Positions 44,559-54,099 of a stretch of 64,000 bases of DNA are shown here, piece after piece. Below the pieces are notes generated by a model that made no database searches, was not told the DNA's origin, and was given only the letters and a program-made list of their open reading frames with translations. A program made the translations under genes and the position numbers. The DNA comes from Candidatus Pacearchaeota archaeon. GTDB lineage: Archaea > Nanobdellota > Nanobdellia > UBA10117 > JAFCGA01. Position 1 is the first letter of the stretch, and every line of letters starts with the position of its first letter. The stretch is from contig JAFCGA010000004.1 in the NCBI GenBank assembly GCA_017608345.1, positions 57 through 64,056 of the forward strand, in the 5' to 3' direction.

Positions 44559-45995
44559 TTAGGAATAAATCCAAGTGTCGTCAGTTCTACCTGCAGCAGT
44601 CTGCCCGCCAAATAATAAAATACTCTCTGTTTCGTCGATTGTAGCCATTGCATGGCTGTACCTTGCAAGAGGATACTTAGGGATACTCTTTCGAGTCCAA
44701 TAATTACGACTATAATCATAGATCCAAGTCTCACTATTACTAGGACCATCCCATCCCCCAAAGAGCATATTTTCATCTGCTCCATCGATTGTAGCCATTG
44801 AATAATCTAATCTTGCACTTGGACTACTTGGGGGGATCATTTGCGTCCATGCATTATCGCTATAGTCATACACCCACGTAAACCCACAAAGATTAGATCC
44901 AGAGCCCTCACAGGGGAAAGTACCAAATCCGCCAAGTAGTAAGATTTTGTCGGTTCCATCGATTGTAGCCATTGCATGTCGCTCTCTCGCAATTGGACTA
45001 CTCGCAGGAGTTATATTTATCCAAAAATTATCGCTATAGTCATAAATCCAAGTTTCATCATCCAACGCACCATCATTTCCACCGAATAATACAAATTTAT
45101 CAGTTTTATATATTGCAGTTAGAGCAGGGTAATTTCTTGCACTCGGACTACTCGCGGGATTCATTTGTGTCCATGCATTATCGCTATAGTCATAAATCCA
45201 AGTCTCATTATTCCGCGTGCCATTATAACCACCAAATAATAATACTTTATCTGTATTATATAACTTAGAACTTGCGAATTGGTCTCGTGCAGTAGGATGA
45301 ACTGCTGGATTCATATTTATCCAATTATTATCACTTACATCAAATACCCACGTTCCACTGCAGAAGCTACTTAATGAACCATCACAATTACCGCTTCCAT
45401 CCCATCCCCCAAATAGAACGACTTTATGGATTCCACTTATCGTCGCCATTGAGTGGCGTATTCTGGCACTAGGCTTATTCGGTGGATTCAGTTGTACCCA
45501 TTGATTACTTTTCGTATCTGCTACAAACGAAGTATATACTCTATCTGAACCTAATGAGAAGTAAGCATTATATTGCATTCCTCGCCTTAAATCCTGACAA
45601 GCAGACCCATCAAAATCAATAGTTATAGATTTTACTGCACCCACACCAAGGTCAAAGGGGCATTCCGCGCAATAAGTAGAATTAAAACCAAGCGTGCAAG
45701 AATGCACATCGCTAGCAATTGTAAGCAAATCTCCGATATCTCCGATTCCTTTGAGCTCTCTAGTACCAATATTTTGAATAACTAGCTGAATATTTGTAAG
45801 AGTTGAACTATGTTTTAGACTTTTTACTTCAATTTCTCCACTGACGTCAGATAGTGTCTCTATTTGAGATCGCTCTGCTCCTGCTTGAACTTCTCCCTGA
45901 ATCTTTATACTCCAATAATAAGTCGAGGCGGCTACTACAATTACTATCATTATTACTAAAACCATCGCAAGAATTATACTTACACCCCGCTTCAT
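44559..45995 (-). CDS. Type IV pilin fused to a Kelch-type beta-propeller (paralog 2)
   Basis: The N-terminus is MKRGVSIILAMVLVIMIVIVVAASTYYWSIKIQGEVQ, followed by repeats of LLFGG...ETWIYDYSDN.WT. Confidence 0.75.
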   Translation of the reverse strand: MKRGVSIILAMVLVIMIVIVVAASTYYWSIKIQGEVQAGAERSQIETLSDVSGEIEVKSLKHSSTLTNIQLVIQNIGTRELKGIGDIGDLLTIASDVHSCTLGFNSTYCAECPFDLGVGAVKSITIDFDGSACQDLRRGMQYNAYFSLGSDRVYTSFVADTKSNQWVQLNPPNKPSARIRHSMATISGIHKVVLFGGWDGSGNCDGSLSSFCSGTWVFDVSDNNWINMNPAVHPTARDQFASSKLYNTDKVLLFGGYNGTRNNETWIYDYSDNAWTQMNPASSPSARNYPALTAIYKTDKFVLFGGNDGALDDETWIYDYSDNFWINITPASSPIARERHAMATIDGTDKILLLGGFGTFPCEGSGSNLCGFTWVYDYSDNAWTQMIPPSSPSARLDYSMATIDGADENMLFGGWDGPSNSETWIYDYSRNYWTRKSIPKYPLARYSHAMATIDETESILLFGGQTAAGRTDDTWIYS

Positions 45996-46042
45996 AATTT
46001 AGTTAGGTTCTAGAATTATTTAAGAGTTGCTCTTCACCGATA

Positions 46043-47473
46043 TCAAACATAGATCCAAGTTTCATCACTCTTATTCCCAGTATATCCGCCGAAGAGTAGA
46101 ACTTTATCTGTTCCATCAATAGAAGTCATAGCATGAAGTTCTCTATCTTTTGGTTTGTCTCTCGGAACCTTTAGACTCCAGGTAGAACCACTATAATCAT
46201 ATAGCCAGGTCTCATCATCTCGAGTATTTCCAGAAAGTCCACTGAAAAGTAAGATTTTGTCTGTTCCGTCGATTGTAGCCATTGCATGATTTTGTCTACC
46301 TCTCGGCCGGATAGCTGTATTGACTTGAGTCCATGTATTGTCACTTAAATCATATACCCACGTTTCATCTAAATATCCGGAAGCAGGACCATTTCCGCCA
46401 AATAAGAGTATTTTATCTGTTCCGTCGATTGTGGCCATTGCATGGGCTTGTCTAGCACTTGGGCTAATTGCGGGAGTTACATTATACCAATTATTATCTG
46501 TATAATTATAAACCCAAGTCTCATCATTCTCAGTAAACCCTGGGTTCTGTCCGCCGAAGAGCAATATTTTATCTGTTCCGTCGATTGTGGCCATTGCATG
46601 GTAATCTCGTATACTTGGACTGCTTGCTGGAATCATTAAATTCCACGTATTAGCACTTAAATCATATAACCAGGTACCGTTGCAGTAAGAATTACCAGAT
46701 CCATCACAGTTTCCGCTTCCATCGAATCCGCCGAAGAGCAATATTTTATCTATCCCGTCAATTGTAGCTATCGAATGACCATACCGAAGACTAGGAGCTA
46801 CTAAGAGTGATAGATTTGTCCAGTTATTTTCACTGTGATCATATATCCACGTCTCATTAACGTAAGACGCACCAGGATTACCACCAAATAAAAGAACTTT
46901 ATCTGTTCCATCTATTGCAGCCATTTTATGTGTATATCTTCCCGTAGGACTATTGCGCGGAGTCATTAAAGTCCAGGAATCATAAATAGCAACCGGAACA
47001 AACGAGGTTTTAGCACTACTATCAGATAAAGCAAAGTATGCACTATACTCAAATCCTTCCCGTAAATTAGAACAGTCAGAACCAATAAAATCTAAGCTTA
47101 GTTTTCTAATCTCTCCAACTTCTAAATCAAACGGACAACTATCACAAGCTGAGGAATCAAAAGAAATATCACAAGAGAATCCTGGCTTAGAAATAACAAT
47201 TGTATCTCCAACAGAGCCGATCCGCTCTATTAATCTACTCCCTGAATTTTCCATGACTATTCTAGCAGTATCAGTATTAACATTATACTGAATATCAACG
47301 ATACTTAGCTCTCCAGTCACCTGCCTTCTTATCCCCGCTTGAGCCTCACTGCTACCCGCATACATCTGCCCCTGAATCTTCATTATCCAATAAAACGCTG
47401 ACGCCGCAATTGCTAGCGTCATCATTATGATAAGAACTAAAGAAATAACCATACTAACTCCGCGTTTATTCAT
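46043..47473 (-). CDS. Type IV pilin fused to a Kelch-type beta-propeller (paralog 1)
   Basis: The N-terminus is MNKRGVSMVISLVLIIMMTLAIAASAFYWIMKIQGQMY, followed by repeats of AMATIDGTDKILLFGG...ETWVYD.SDN.W. Confidence 0.75.
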   Translation of the reverse strand: MNKRGVSMVISLVLIIMMTLAIAASAFYWIMKIQGQMYAGSSEAQAGIRRQVTGELSIVDIQYNVNTDTARIVMENSGSRLIERIGSVGDTIVISKPGFSCDISFDSSACDSCPFDLEVGEIRKLSLDFIGSDCSNLREGFEYSAYFALSDSSAKTSFVPVAIYDSWTLMTPRNSPTGRYTHKMAAIDGTDKVLLFGGNPGASYVNETWIYDHSENNWTNLSLLVAPSLRYGHSIATIDGIDKILLFGGFDGSGNCDGSGNSYCNGTWLYDLSANTWNLMIPASSPSIRDYHAMATIDGTDKILLFGGQNPGFTENDETWVYNYTDNNWYNVTPAISPSARQAHAMATIDGTDKILLFGGNGPASGYLDETWVYDLSDNTWTQVNTAIRPRGRQNHAMATIDGTDKILLFSGLSGNTRDDETWLYDYSGSTWSLKVPRDKPKDRELHAMTSIDGTDKVLLFGGYTGNKSDETWIYV

Positions 47474-47520
47474 ACTATCCTTTCACCACAGAAATATATA
47501 AGATTTTGCTTAGAATAGTT

Positions 47521-47626
47521 CTGAAGCGGAGCCGAGCGGAGCTCGGACCAGAAGCTAGCGCTTCTGGTCTTCAGCTAAAATTTTCTTTGGGAGTCCTAGA
47601 ACCTTTCTTAACAAGAAAGGGTCTAG
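47521..47626. repeat. Cluster of nested and tandem perfect palindromic hairpins
   Basis: CTGAAGCGGAG-CCGAGCggaGCTCGG-ACCAGAAGCtagcGCTTCTGGT-CTTCAG (47521-47574) and CTAGAACCTTTCTTaacaAGAAAGGGTCTAG (47596-47626). The cluster lies between the pilin cluster start and gene 47666. Confidence 0.6.
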
Positions 47627-47665
47627 AGCGAAACCTTTTTTAGCATTAGCACTAAACTAACAGCT

Positions 47666-48319
47666 ATGAGGAAGAAAGACAGCAAAAAGACAACTAAACT
47701 TATGGGAATATTTATTGTCGTAATCATGGCTGGCTCGATATTAGGAGTAATTGTATATAATTTAGGCGAAGATAAAGAAGAAAAATTACCAGATAATGCT
47801 TTCAAATACGAAGGCTACACATTTCATGAAACTTCTGATGGTTTCTTCGGAACTTTTGCGATGATTAATGGAAAAGAAACTCCGGTGTTATTCAGAGCAG
47901 ATCCTAGAAATTTATCAGACATATATGTAACCCCTGATGCAGTTAAACGACTTCTAGACTCAAAAAAAGCTTACGTATCATTTAATCCAAATCAAGAAGA
48001 TCTAAGCAAAGTTGGAATTGCTGCATTTCAGATATCTAGATTACTAAATACACTCGGAATTCCTACTACTGGCGCATATTCTGAAGATGCTGATCCAGTT
48101 GATGAAAATGTGCCGATTCGCAGGTGTAAAGATTCGCTGGAGCAGAGACCGGTTATTATGCTAGAAATCGGAGAAGAAACTAGAATAACTTCTGGTGATT
48201 GTATCTACGTCAGAGGTAAAGATTATGCTGAATTAATTCTAGCTGCTGACAAACTCGGAATGCACTTGGTCGGAATCAAGATCGGAGAAGAAAATAAAAC
48301 ATTACAGATACAAATTTAA
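47666..48319 (+). CDS. Hypothetical N-terminally anchored protein
   Basis: The 217-aa ORF has an N-terminal TM helix after a Lys-rich segment. Confidence 0.5.
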   Translation: MRKKDSKKTTKLMGIFIVVIMAGSILGVIVYNLGEDKEEKLPDNAFKYEGYTFHETSDGFFGTFAMINGKETPVLFRADPRNLSDIYVTPDAVKRLLDSKKAYVSFNPNQEDLSKVGIAAFQISRLLNTLGIPTTGAYSEDADPVDENVPIRRCKDSLEQRPVIMLEIGEETRITSGDCIYVRGKDYAELILAADKLGMHLVGIKIGEENKTLQIQI

Positions 48320-48360
48320 TATACATAATATTTTAAATAACGCTAGCGTTATCAAATTCT

Positions 48361-49596
48361 ATGCTTAGGGAATTATTAATTTACATTGCTTCTTACATTG
48401 GATTATTTACTGCAATTTTTTATGTGCTTGGATTACGGCGGCGAAGAGAAAAAAAGATACCGAAATTTCCAGAGCATAACCCTCCAAAAGTGTCTATAAT
48501 TATTCCGGCGTATAACGAAGAAAAAGGAATTGCGGCGACTATAAAATCTGCGTTAAGCGCAGATTATCCGCGAGATAAATTTGAGATAATTGTAGTAGAT
48601 GATGGAAGTACAGATAATACTTACAAAATAGCTGAGAAGTTTAAGAGCAAGCTTGTTCGATTATTTCACAAAGAAAATGGTGGCAAGGGTTCTGCATTGA
48701 ACCTTGGAATAAGCAAATCCAATGGCGAATTCATTTTCACAATGGATGCGGACAGTATCATCAAACCAAATTCAGTAAAAAATCAAATTGCCTATTTCGA
48801 TAAACCTAAGGTAATGTCTGTCGCTCCAATTATTGCAATTTATAAGCCGCGCAATATCCTCGAGAGAGTTCAGCAGATAGAGTATCTATTGGGCGTTTTC
48901 TTAAGAGAAGCGTTTGCTAGTCTTAATGCAATACACGTAACGCCCGGTGCATTTTCATCATATCGGAGATCATTTTTTGATAAATATGGTGGATTTAAGG
49001 AGAATGAACTTGTTGAGGATCTTGAGATGGCGCTGAGAATACAAGCAAAAGGGTATATAATTGAAAATTGTATGACGGCGATAGTGTATACCCATCCTCC
49101 GAGAAAATTTAGGGAACTTGCAATACAACGACGGCGTTGGTTTGTGGGTCTGCTACGAAATATCGCAAAGTATAAGGAGCTTTTCTCCAGAAAAACTGCG
49201 CTAGGAGCAATTGTCTTACCAATCGCCGTTGCTGCAATAATTATATCTTTAGCACTTACAAGTGTCGCAGTGGTCAGAGCATTAATTAACCTTAGAAAAG
49301 AATTGCTAATGTTAAACAGCATTAATTTTAATTTTCTAAGTCTGATAGATTTTAATAAATACTCAGTTGGTCTATTTCTATTTAGCTTTTTCAGCAGTCC
49401 GATTACAATACTCGCAATAGTATTTGTTATTATTGTCATCGGATACCTATACTTTGCTAAAAGCAAGGTTAAAGAACACTCCCAAATCGCGATAAGTCTC
49501 CCATTGTTCTTAGTACTCTATTCATTTCTGTTCGCATTTTGGTGGGTTGTTGCCTTTTTGTACTCCTTCCTAGATAAAACTGTTTCCTGGAGATAG
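48361..49596 (+). CDS. Family 2 glycosyltransferase (membrane-embedded, polymer-synthase-like)
   Basis: IIIPAYNEEKGI, VVDDGSTDNT, DAD and a QRRRW-like motif (QRRRWFVG) are present, with a C-terminal TM domain. Confidence 0.8.
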   Translation: MLRELLIYIASYIGLFTAIFYVLGLRRRREKKIPKFPEHNPPKVSIIIPAYNEEKGIAATIKSALSADYPRDKFEIIVVDDGSTDNTYKIAEKFKSKLVRLFHKENGGKGSALNLGISKSNGEFIFTMDADSIIKPNSVKNQIAYFDKPKVMSVAPIIAIYKPRNILERVQQIEYLLGVFLREAFASLNAIHVTPGAFSSYRRSFFDKYGGFKENELVEDLEMALRIQAKGYIIENCMTAIVYTHPPRKFRELAIQRRRWFVGLLRNIAKYKELFSRKTALGAIVLPIAVAAIIISLALTSVAVVRALINLRKELLMLNSINFNFLSLIDFNKYSVGLFLFSFFSSPITILAIVFVIIVIGYLYFAKSKVKEHSQIAISLPLFLVLYSFLFAFWWVVAFLYSFLDKTVSWR

Positions 49597-49726
49597 AACA
49601 AGTTGTCAAGGACCACTAGTCAGTAGATCAATAGTATTCCCAACATATAAAAATAGCGGCTGCTCATTAAAATTATAACCAAAAATCCATGCATCTCACT
49701 AAGTTAAAGGATACCAACGATTTACA

Positions 49727-50410
49727 ATGAAGAAAAAAACCGAAGCAAATCAAGAGGATAAAGACGTAAAAGTACCTTATCTTAGAAAGATGGTTCTCGC
49801 ATTTGTTTTAGCCACAATAATCTTAGTTGGAGTTTTTTTCGCGGGATATAGTATGTCTCACTATAAATACCGTGAGGTTACTCAATCCCAGGAAGGGTTA
49901 AGATACAGCCTACTTAGCTTTGAAATAGAAAGAGAGCTTGCGGAAGACAGCTGTGAAGCGTTTGATCCGTATTTATTTACTGAAGAGATGGATAATATGG
50001 GGAGCGTTATAGGGATACTGGAAAACCGGTTGGGGAAAAGAAATCAAGCAATACTAAATCAGAAGCGGACTTATTCTCTGCTAGAAGCACGCCATCTTAT
50101 TTACGTGAGAGACCACAATAACCGCTGCGATAATAAAGTTCCAATAATTATCTTCTTTTATTCAAATATCAAACCGTATCAAGAAGAAAGTGAACGACTT
50201 GGATTTATGCTATCAACTTTAAAGAAAAGTGAGAACGTAATGATATATTCTTTTGACTCGGATTTAGAGGCTAGCTTTCTCTCGATATTAAAGAAAAAGT
50301 ACGGAGTAGAAGAGCCAAATACGCTAATTGTAAATAAAAAACTGCTAACTTCTCCTCCAAAGAATATTGACGAGCTAAAAGCAATTCTCGCGGATAATCA
50401 GATCCAATGA
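49727..50410 (+). CDS. Hypothetical membrane-anchored protein
   Basis: The 227-aa ORF has one N-terminal TM helix. Confidence 0.45.
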   Translation: MKKKTEANQEDKDVKVPYLRKMVLAFVLATIILVGVFFAGYSMSHYKYREVTQSQEGLRYSLLSFEIERELAEDSCEAFDPYLFTEEMDNMGSVIGILENRLGKRNQAILNQKRTYSLLEARHLIYVRDHNNRCDNKVPIIIFFYSNIKPYQEESERLGFMLSTLKKSENVMIYSFDSDLEASFLSILKKKYGVEEPNTLIVNKKLLTSPPKNIDELKAILADNQIQ

Positions 50411-51267
50411 ATTAGTCCAGTTATTAATATAAATACAAATAGTGCTACTTGAATTAGACTATGAAATTTCTTTAACCGGCTTTTCTTTAAGAAACTCATT
50501 GTTCTATCGAAGAATATTCCTGATAATCCAGCAAGAGAGATAAATAAATAAAACAACCCTATTCGAGTTGGAAGAATATTAATAGATAATAAAAAGAACA
50601 TAACTCCGGCTGAACTAACGAATATTAGGGATTGACTAATATTATTTTTAATTCCATAGTATGCTCCGGCTACTCCGAAGAGTATTGGTCGGGTACCAAC
50701 CAATGTGAATAAAGTGGCAATGCTCACATATGTGCTAGTATTCTTGCTGGGCATTCCGAATAGAGACATACCGAGAATTAAACTTGCAAGTATGCTAAAT
50801 ATTAAAAATCTAACTTCCCGCTTTTCCAGTACATCATGTTCTAATGCTAGCAAAACAATATATATGGTAAAAATTGGTACGAGAATTATTGAAGAAAAGT
50901 GAATTATAGCTGCCAGAATCGGTAGTGGATAGATTAACAGCCTGTTTATTTTATTGCTCTTTTTCCTAAGAGATACTGCTGCAGCTAGCGTAAGAAAAAA
51001 GAATATTGCTGAGATTGCCCAGAGATAGCTATCAAATTCTAAGGGCATGACTGCGGCTATAGCTAAAGCAAATAGAGCTGAATATTTATCAGTAGTTAGT
51101 TTTCTAAAAACAAAATAAGCGATTAGTAGAACAATAATTGTGAGTGTTGAAAGGATTATCGAGTGCAAACTAAGGAAATTAGTAAAATAATTCTTAGCTA
51201 TTCGAATTGAAAGCGCAAGAGCCAAGATTAGCGCAACAGGGATTATTTGCTTCTTATCAAATCTCAT
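50398..51267 (-). CDS. Polytopic membrane protein, unknown function
   Basis: The 289-aa protein has about eight predicted TM helices. Confidence 0.5.
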   Translation of the reverse strand: MRFDKKQIIPVALILALALSIRIAKNYFTNFLSLHSIILSTLTIIVLLIAYFVFRKLTTDKYSALFALAIAAVMPLEFDSYLWAISAIFFFLTLAAAVSLRKKSNKINRLLIYPLPILAAIIHFSSIILVPIFTIYIVLLALEHDVLEKREVRFLIFSILASLILGMSLFGMPSKNTSTYVSIATLFTLVGTRPILFGVAGAYYGIKNNISQSLIFVSSAGVMFFLLSINILPTRIGLFYLFISLAGLSGIFFDRTMSFLKKSRLKKFHSLIQVALFVFILITGLIHWI

Positions 51268-52414
51268 TTTTGAATAACGCCATTAATACAACAGTTGCAT
51301 AACTACCCTTGCCAAGATCGAATTTAAGTTTTATGGAAAAATCAAGTTTCTCGTTTTTTGTTACATTGCTTTTGTCCAGAAGCTCTAGCTGCAGTTTACT
51401 GATTTTGATGAACGGCTCTCTTATAGCGCCTTCGGAAGCTAGCTTCGGCATTCGTTTTACTCGGAAATCATCGGAGGATAGCTTATCCTTTTTGAGCAGC
51501 TCGCTTAAGTTCTGAGAGAAAATATCCTTTCGTATTCGCATTTTAGTTCCGGGAATTATGAATTTCGAGTCGGAAGTATCTACTTTCTGCCTCGGGAAAG
51601 CTAGCTTTGTGTTTAGGAATTTTATCTTATCGCATTTTGTTTTGCTCTCGAGATATTTGGAAAGAGCGATATTAAATATCCAAGACTGATAAGCATGAAT
51701 AAATAAACGGCGGATAGGTTTGGGCGTTGTTCGCAATGCTCCGGCAAAGTCAGTTGGGTTTCTGATTAGCCAATTTAAAACTGATTTCTCTAAACCAAGG
51801 AAGTCCGGGCAGTGCTTAATAATTTCTTTCCATGAGCCCCAGTTCTTTTTAGCAAAGTTTGAATATTTCTTTGATAATTCGTTATCTGCTGTTCCAGTAA
51901 GAAACTCCTTTGCAGCGCCTTCTAGCTCGCCTTTCAAGAGGTGCTTACCGATTAGATGTGTATTCTGCGACGTGCTAAATCTTTGGGGACCGAAATAATC
52001 AGGAATGCAATCCTTGAGTTTTACTCTTTCTTTTGCAAGATCAACTTCGCGCTTCGTAAGACCCCTTACTACGATATCGAATTTATTGCCTTTGTGGTAT
52101 CCTAAGCAAATTCGCTCTTCGTCCTTGCCAATAATTTTGATATTTATATCCTTAAGCTCGATTCGCTCCAACTGTTGTGGCTCTATTTTCCAAGCAGAAA
52201 TCACCTGTTTTGTCTGAGCATATTTATCTTTGTTCCCAGAAAATCCAAATCTTGTTCTCGAGACTCTTAGATTTCTAGCAATCTGCATGAGGGCTCTAGT
52301 TGTTGTATAGTTTGTTTTTTCTAGCCAAAACCACGTGTAATCCCCTTTCCCAGATGGCTTTCTAAGGGGGAGTTCTTCTACGAGGAAGTCTTCAGGAGAT
52401 TGTTTTATTTTCAT
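51257..52414 (-). CDS. truD: tRNA pseudouridine synthase TruD/Pus7 family
   Basis: The N-terminal SPEDFLVEE motif, FGFSGNKDKYAQTKQ (TruD catalytic-Asp region) and the 385-aa length fit the family. Confidence 0.7.
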   Translation of the reverse strand: MKIKQSPEDFLVEELPLRKPSGKGDYTWFWLEKTNYTTTRALMQIARNLRVSRTRFGFSGNKDKYAQTKQVISAWKIEPQQLERIELKDINIKIIGKDEERICLGYHKGNKFDIVVRGLTKREVDLAKERVKLKDCIPDYFGPQRFSTSQNTHLIGKHLLKGELEGAAKEFLTGTADNELSKKYSNFAKKNWGSWKEIIKHCPDFLGLEKSVLNWLIRNPTDFAGALRTTPKPIRRLFIHAYQSWIFNIALSKYLESKTKCDKIKFLNTKLAFPRQKVDTSDSKFIIPGTKMRIRKDIFSQNLSELLKKDKLSSDDFRVKRMPKLASEGAIREPFIKISKLQLELLDKSNVTKNEKLDFSIKLKFDLGKGSYATVVLMALFKNEI

Positions 52415-53073
52415 CGTTTCTCCATAAATAGATAATTTCCCCTATGCTCTACCTTTCCTGCTGGAAGTTTGATCAGCTTAGCTTCAATTATTTTGAAATA
52501 TGGTTCAAATAATCCTTTTAGCTCTCCTAATGAAGAAAAGTATATTTGAATTCCTGCAGATATCGCCCCACCGATTGGTACTGTCCTAAGTTTCTTGCCA
52601 GTTTCATCTTGCGAAGCTACACTTAATTGAGGAGTGTTATCATTAAAACAGACCGACAAGTACTTCCCACCACTTTTTAAAATTCTGCTAATATCTTTCG
52701 CATATTTCTGCCGCTGTGGCGGCAGAATGTGATGGAGAAGTGCCCATTCGAAAACAAAATCAAACTTTTCAGACAGATTCGATAAATCAGCAATATCCAT
52801 TGATTCAAACTTAGCTTTAGATCTTACCGTTCTCGCGTATTCTTTCGAACGTTGGATTGCAGTCTCAGAAAGGTCAATACCTAGCACATCGAAGCCTTTC
52901 TTAGCTAAGTAAACGGAGTAACGGCCCTCGCCACAACCAACATCAATAACTTTACACGGCTTGATCTTACCTTCTTTAATTAATTTTACGAGTTCAGTAG
53001 GTGGTTTTTGTGAAGTCCATACTGCGCGGGGCTTTTCATACGCTTTCTCAAAAAGTGCTTTATCTTTGTTCAT
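52411..53073 (-). CDS. Class I SAM-dependent methyltransferase
   Basis: Motif I is VIDVGCGEGRYSVYLAKKGFDVLGIDLSE. Confidence 0.75.
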   Translation of the reverse strand: MNKDKALFEKAYEKPRAVWTSQKPPTELVKLIKEGKIKPCKVIDVGCGEGRYSVYLAKKGFDVLGIDLSETAIQRSKEYARTVRSKAKFESMDIADLSNLSEKFDFVFEWALLHHILPPQRQKYAKDISRILKSGGKYLSVCFNDNTPQLSVASQDETGKKLRTVPIGGAISAGIQIYFSSLGELKGLFEPYFKIIEAKLIKLPAGKVEHRGNYLFMEKR

Positions 53074-53117
53074 TGTAACTCTTTGATTTGCAGTTCCAAA
53101 AATCCGTAGATTTCTAG

Positions 53118-53582
53118 TTATAGCAGCAAACTAATCAATCCTTCAATAGCTGCCTTAACTCCATACGCGCTTAAAAATACTACGCAACCGGCGATAACTA
53201 CTCCAATTGCTATGATTAACTTAGCTTTACGGGGCTTCATTTTTAGAACTGCGGCTAATATCGAGCCAGTCCAAGCTCCGGTTCCGGGAAATGGGATCGC
53301 TACGAAGAAAAGAAGTGCTAATTCTTCATATATCTCGAATTTTTCTCTGTTTTTTGTGATTAAATTCGCTATTCTCTTGCCGAGAATTCGATGTACTAAG
53401 TTGATAATTCTAGCTTTTCTCAGAAACCAGAAAAGGGGGTAAATAGCAATTATGTTAAATATAATCGCAACAGGTAAGAATATTAGCGGTGAAATTCCCG
53501 TGGCGAGGCCATATATAATAGCGCCACGGTTCTCTGATACTGGCGCCATTGATAGCAGAATAAGAATAAGGTAGTTTAGCAT
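53118..53582 (-). CDS. Small multi-pass membrane protein, putative small-multidrug-export-like
   Basis: It has four TM helices and the motif AIPFPGTGAWTGSILAAVL. The start is taken at the internal Met at 53582, because the ORF-track start at 53657 would overlap the divergent Zn-ribbon gene. Confidence 0.5.
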   Translation of the reverse strand: MLNYLILILLSMAPVSENRGAIIYGLATGISPLIFLPVAIIFNIIAIYPLFWFLRKARIINLVHRILGKRIANLITKNREKFEIYEELALLFFVAIPFPGTGAWTGSILAAVLKMKPRKAKLIIAIGVVIAGCVVFLSAYGVKAAIEGLISLLL

Positions 53583-53635
53583 GGATCTAGCTTCTGCACA
53601 ACCTTTATAAACTCTTTTTCGAATGCTTACGTAAT

Positions 53636-53803
53636 ATGGTTCAGAAGAAATGCACATCCTGTAATAGACTAATAACTAACGATCGCAGTTCTACTACTTT
53701 TCCGTGTCCCGAATGTGGGAAGGAAGAAATCGTTAGATGCAGCCACTGCAGGAAAAGAGGTGTAGGTTATATTTGCAACAAATGCAAATTTGAAGGTCCT
53801 TAA
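53636..53803 (+). CDS. Zn-ribbon protein (four CxxC pairs), COG2888-like, the usual archaeal neighbour of aEF-1beta. It is not in the ORF track because it is shorter than 60 aa
   Basis: Manual translation gives MVQKKCTSCNRLITNDRSSTTFPCPECGKEEIVRCSHCRKRGVGYICNKCKFEGP (55 aa). Its stop lies 8 nt upstream of the aEF-1beta start. Confidence 0.55.
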   Translation: MVQKKCTSCNRLITNDRSSTTFPCPECGKEEIVRCSHCRKRGVGYICNKCKFEGP

Positions 53804-53811
53804 TCAGAAAT

Positions 53812-54087
53812 ATGGCTACGGTACTTGTAAAACTTAAGATTTTCCCAAAAGTTGTAGAAACTGACTTTGATAAGCTAGCTAGCGATTGCTCAGCTAAAAT
53901 CGAGGCGTTCGGCGGCAAGGTTCTGAAAACTGAAAAGGAGCCGATAGCATTCGGAATGAATGCGTTGATAATTTATTTTAGTACGGACGAATCTAAGGGT
54001 GGTACTGATCCACTTGAAGCTCAGCTAGCGGAAATCGAGGAAATAAGTTCAGTCACTGTAGAGGACGTCAGAAGAGCTATCGGATAG
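53812..54087 (+). CDS. Translation elongation factor aEF-1 beta
   Basis: The 91-aa protein has MATVLVKLKIFPKVVETDFDKL...EPIAFGMNALIIYF...EISSVTVEDVRRAIG, the typical aEF1B pattern. Confidence 0.8.
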   Translation: MATVLVKLKIFPKVVETDFDKLASDCSAKIEAFGGKVLKTEKEPIAFGMNALIIYFSTDESKGGTDPLEAQLAEIEEISSVTVEDVRRAIG

Positions 54088-54099
54088 CCATTTTTCTTT

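Noticed and set aside
44507-44785. A 92-aa minus-strand ORF overlapping the end of Kelch-pilin gene 44559..45995
   Set aside because: It is out of frame and overlaps a well-supported gene with no motifs, so it is treated as spurious. The same reasoning applies to 43601..43804, 43878..44090, 46442..46639, 34899..35315, 35115..35324, 38999..39235, 39362..39613, 40283..40699, 48870..49466, 60883..61194 and 62035..62241.
53583-53657. An extended N-terminus (start at 53657) for the membrane protein 53118..
   Set aside because: It would overlap the divergent Zn-ribbon gene start (53636). The internal Met at 53582 begins directly at the first TM helix.
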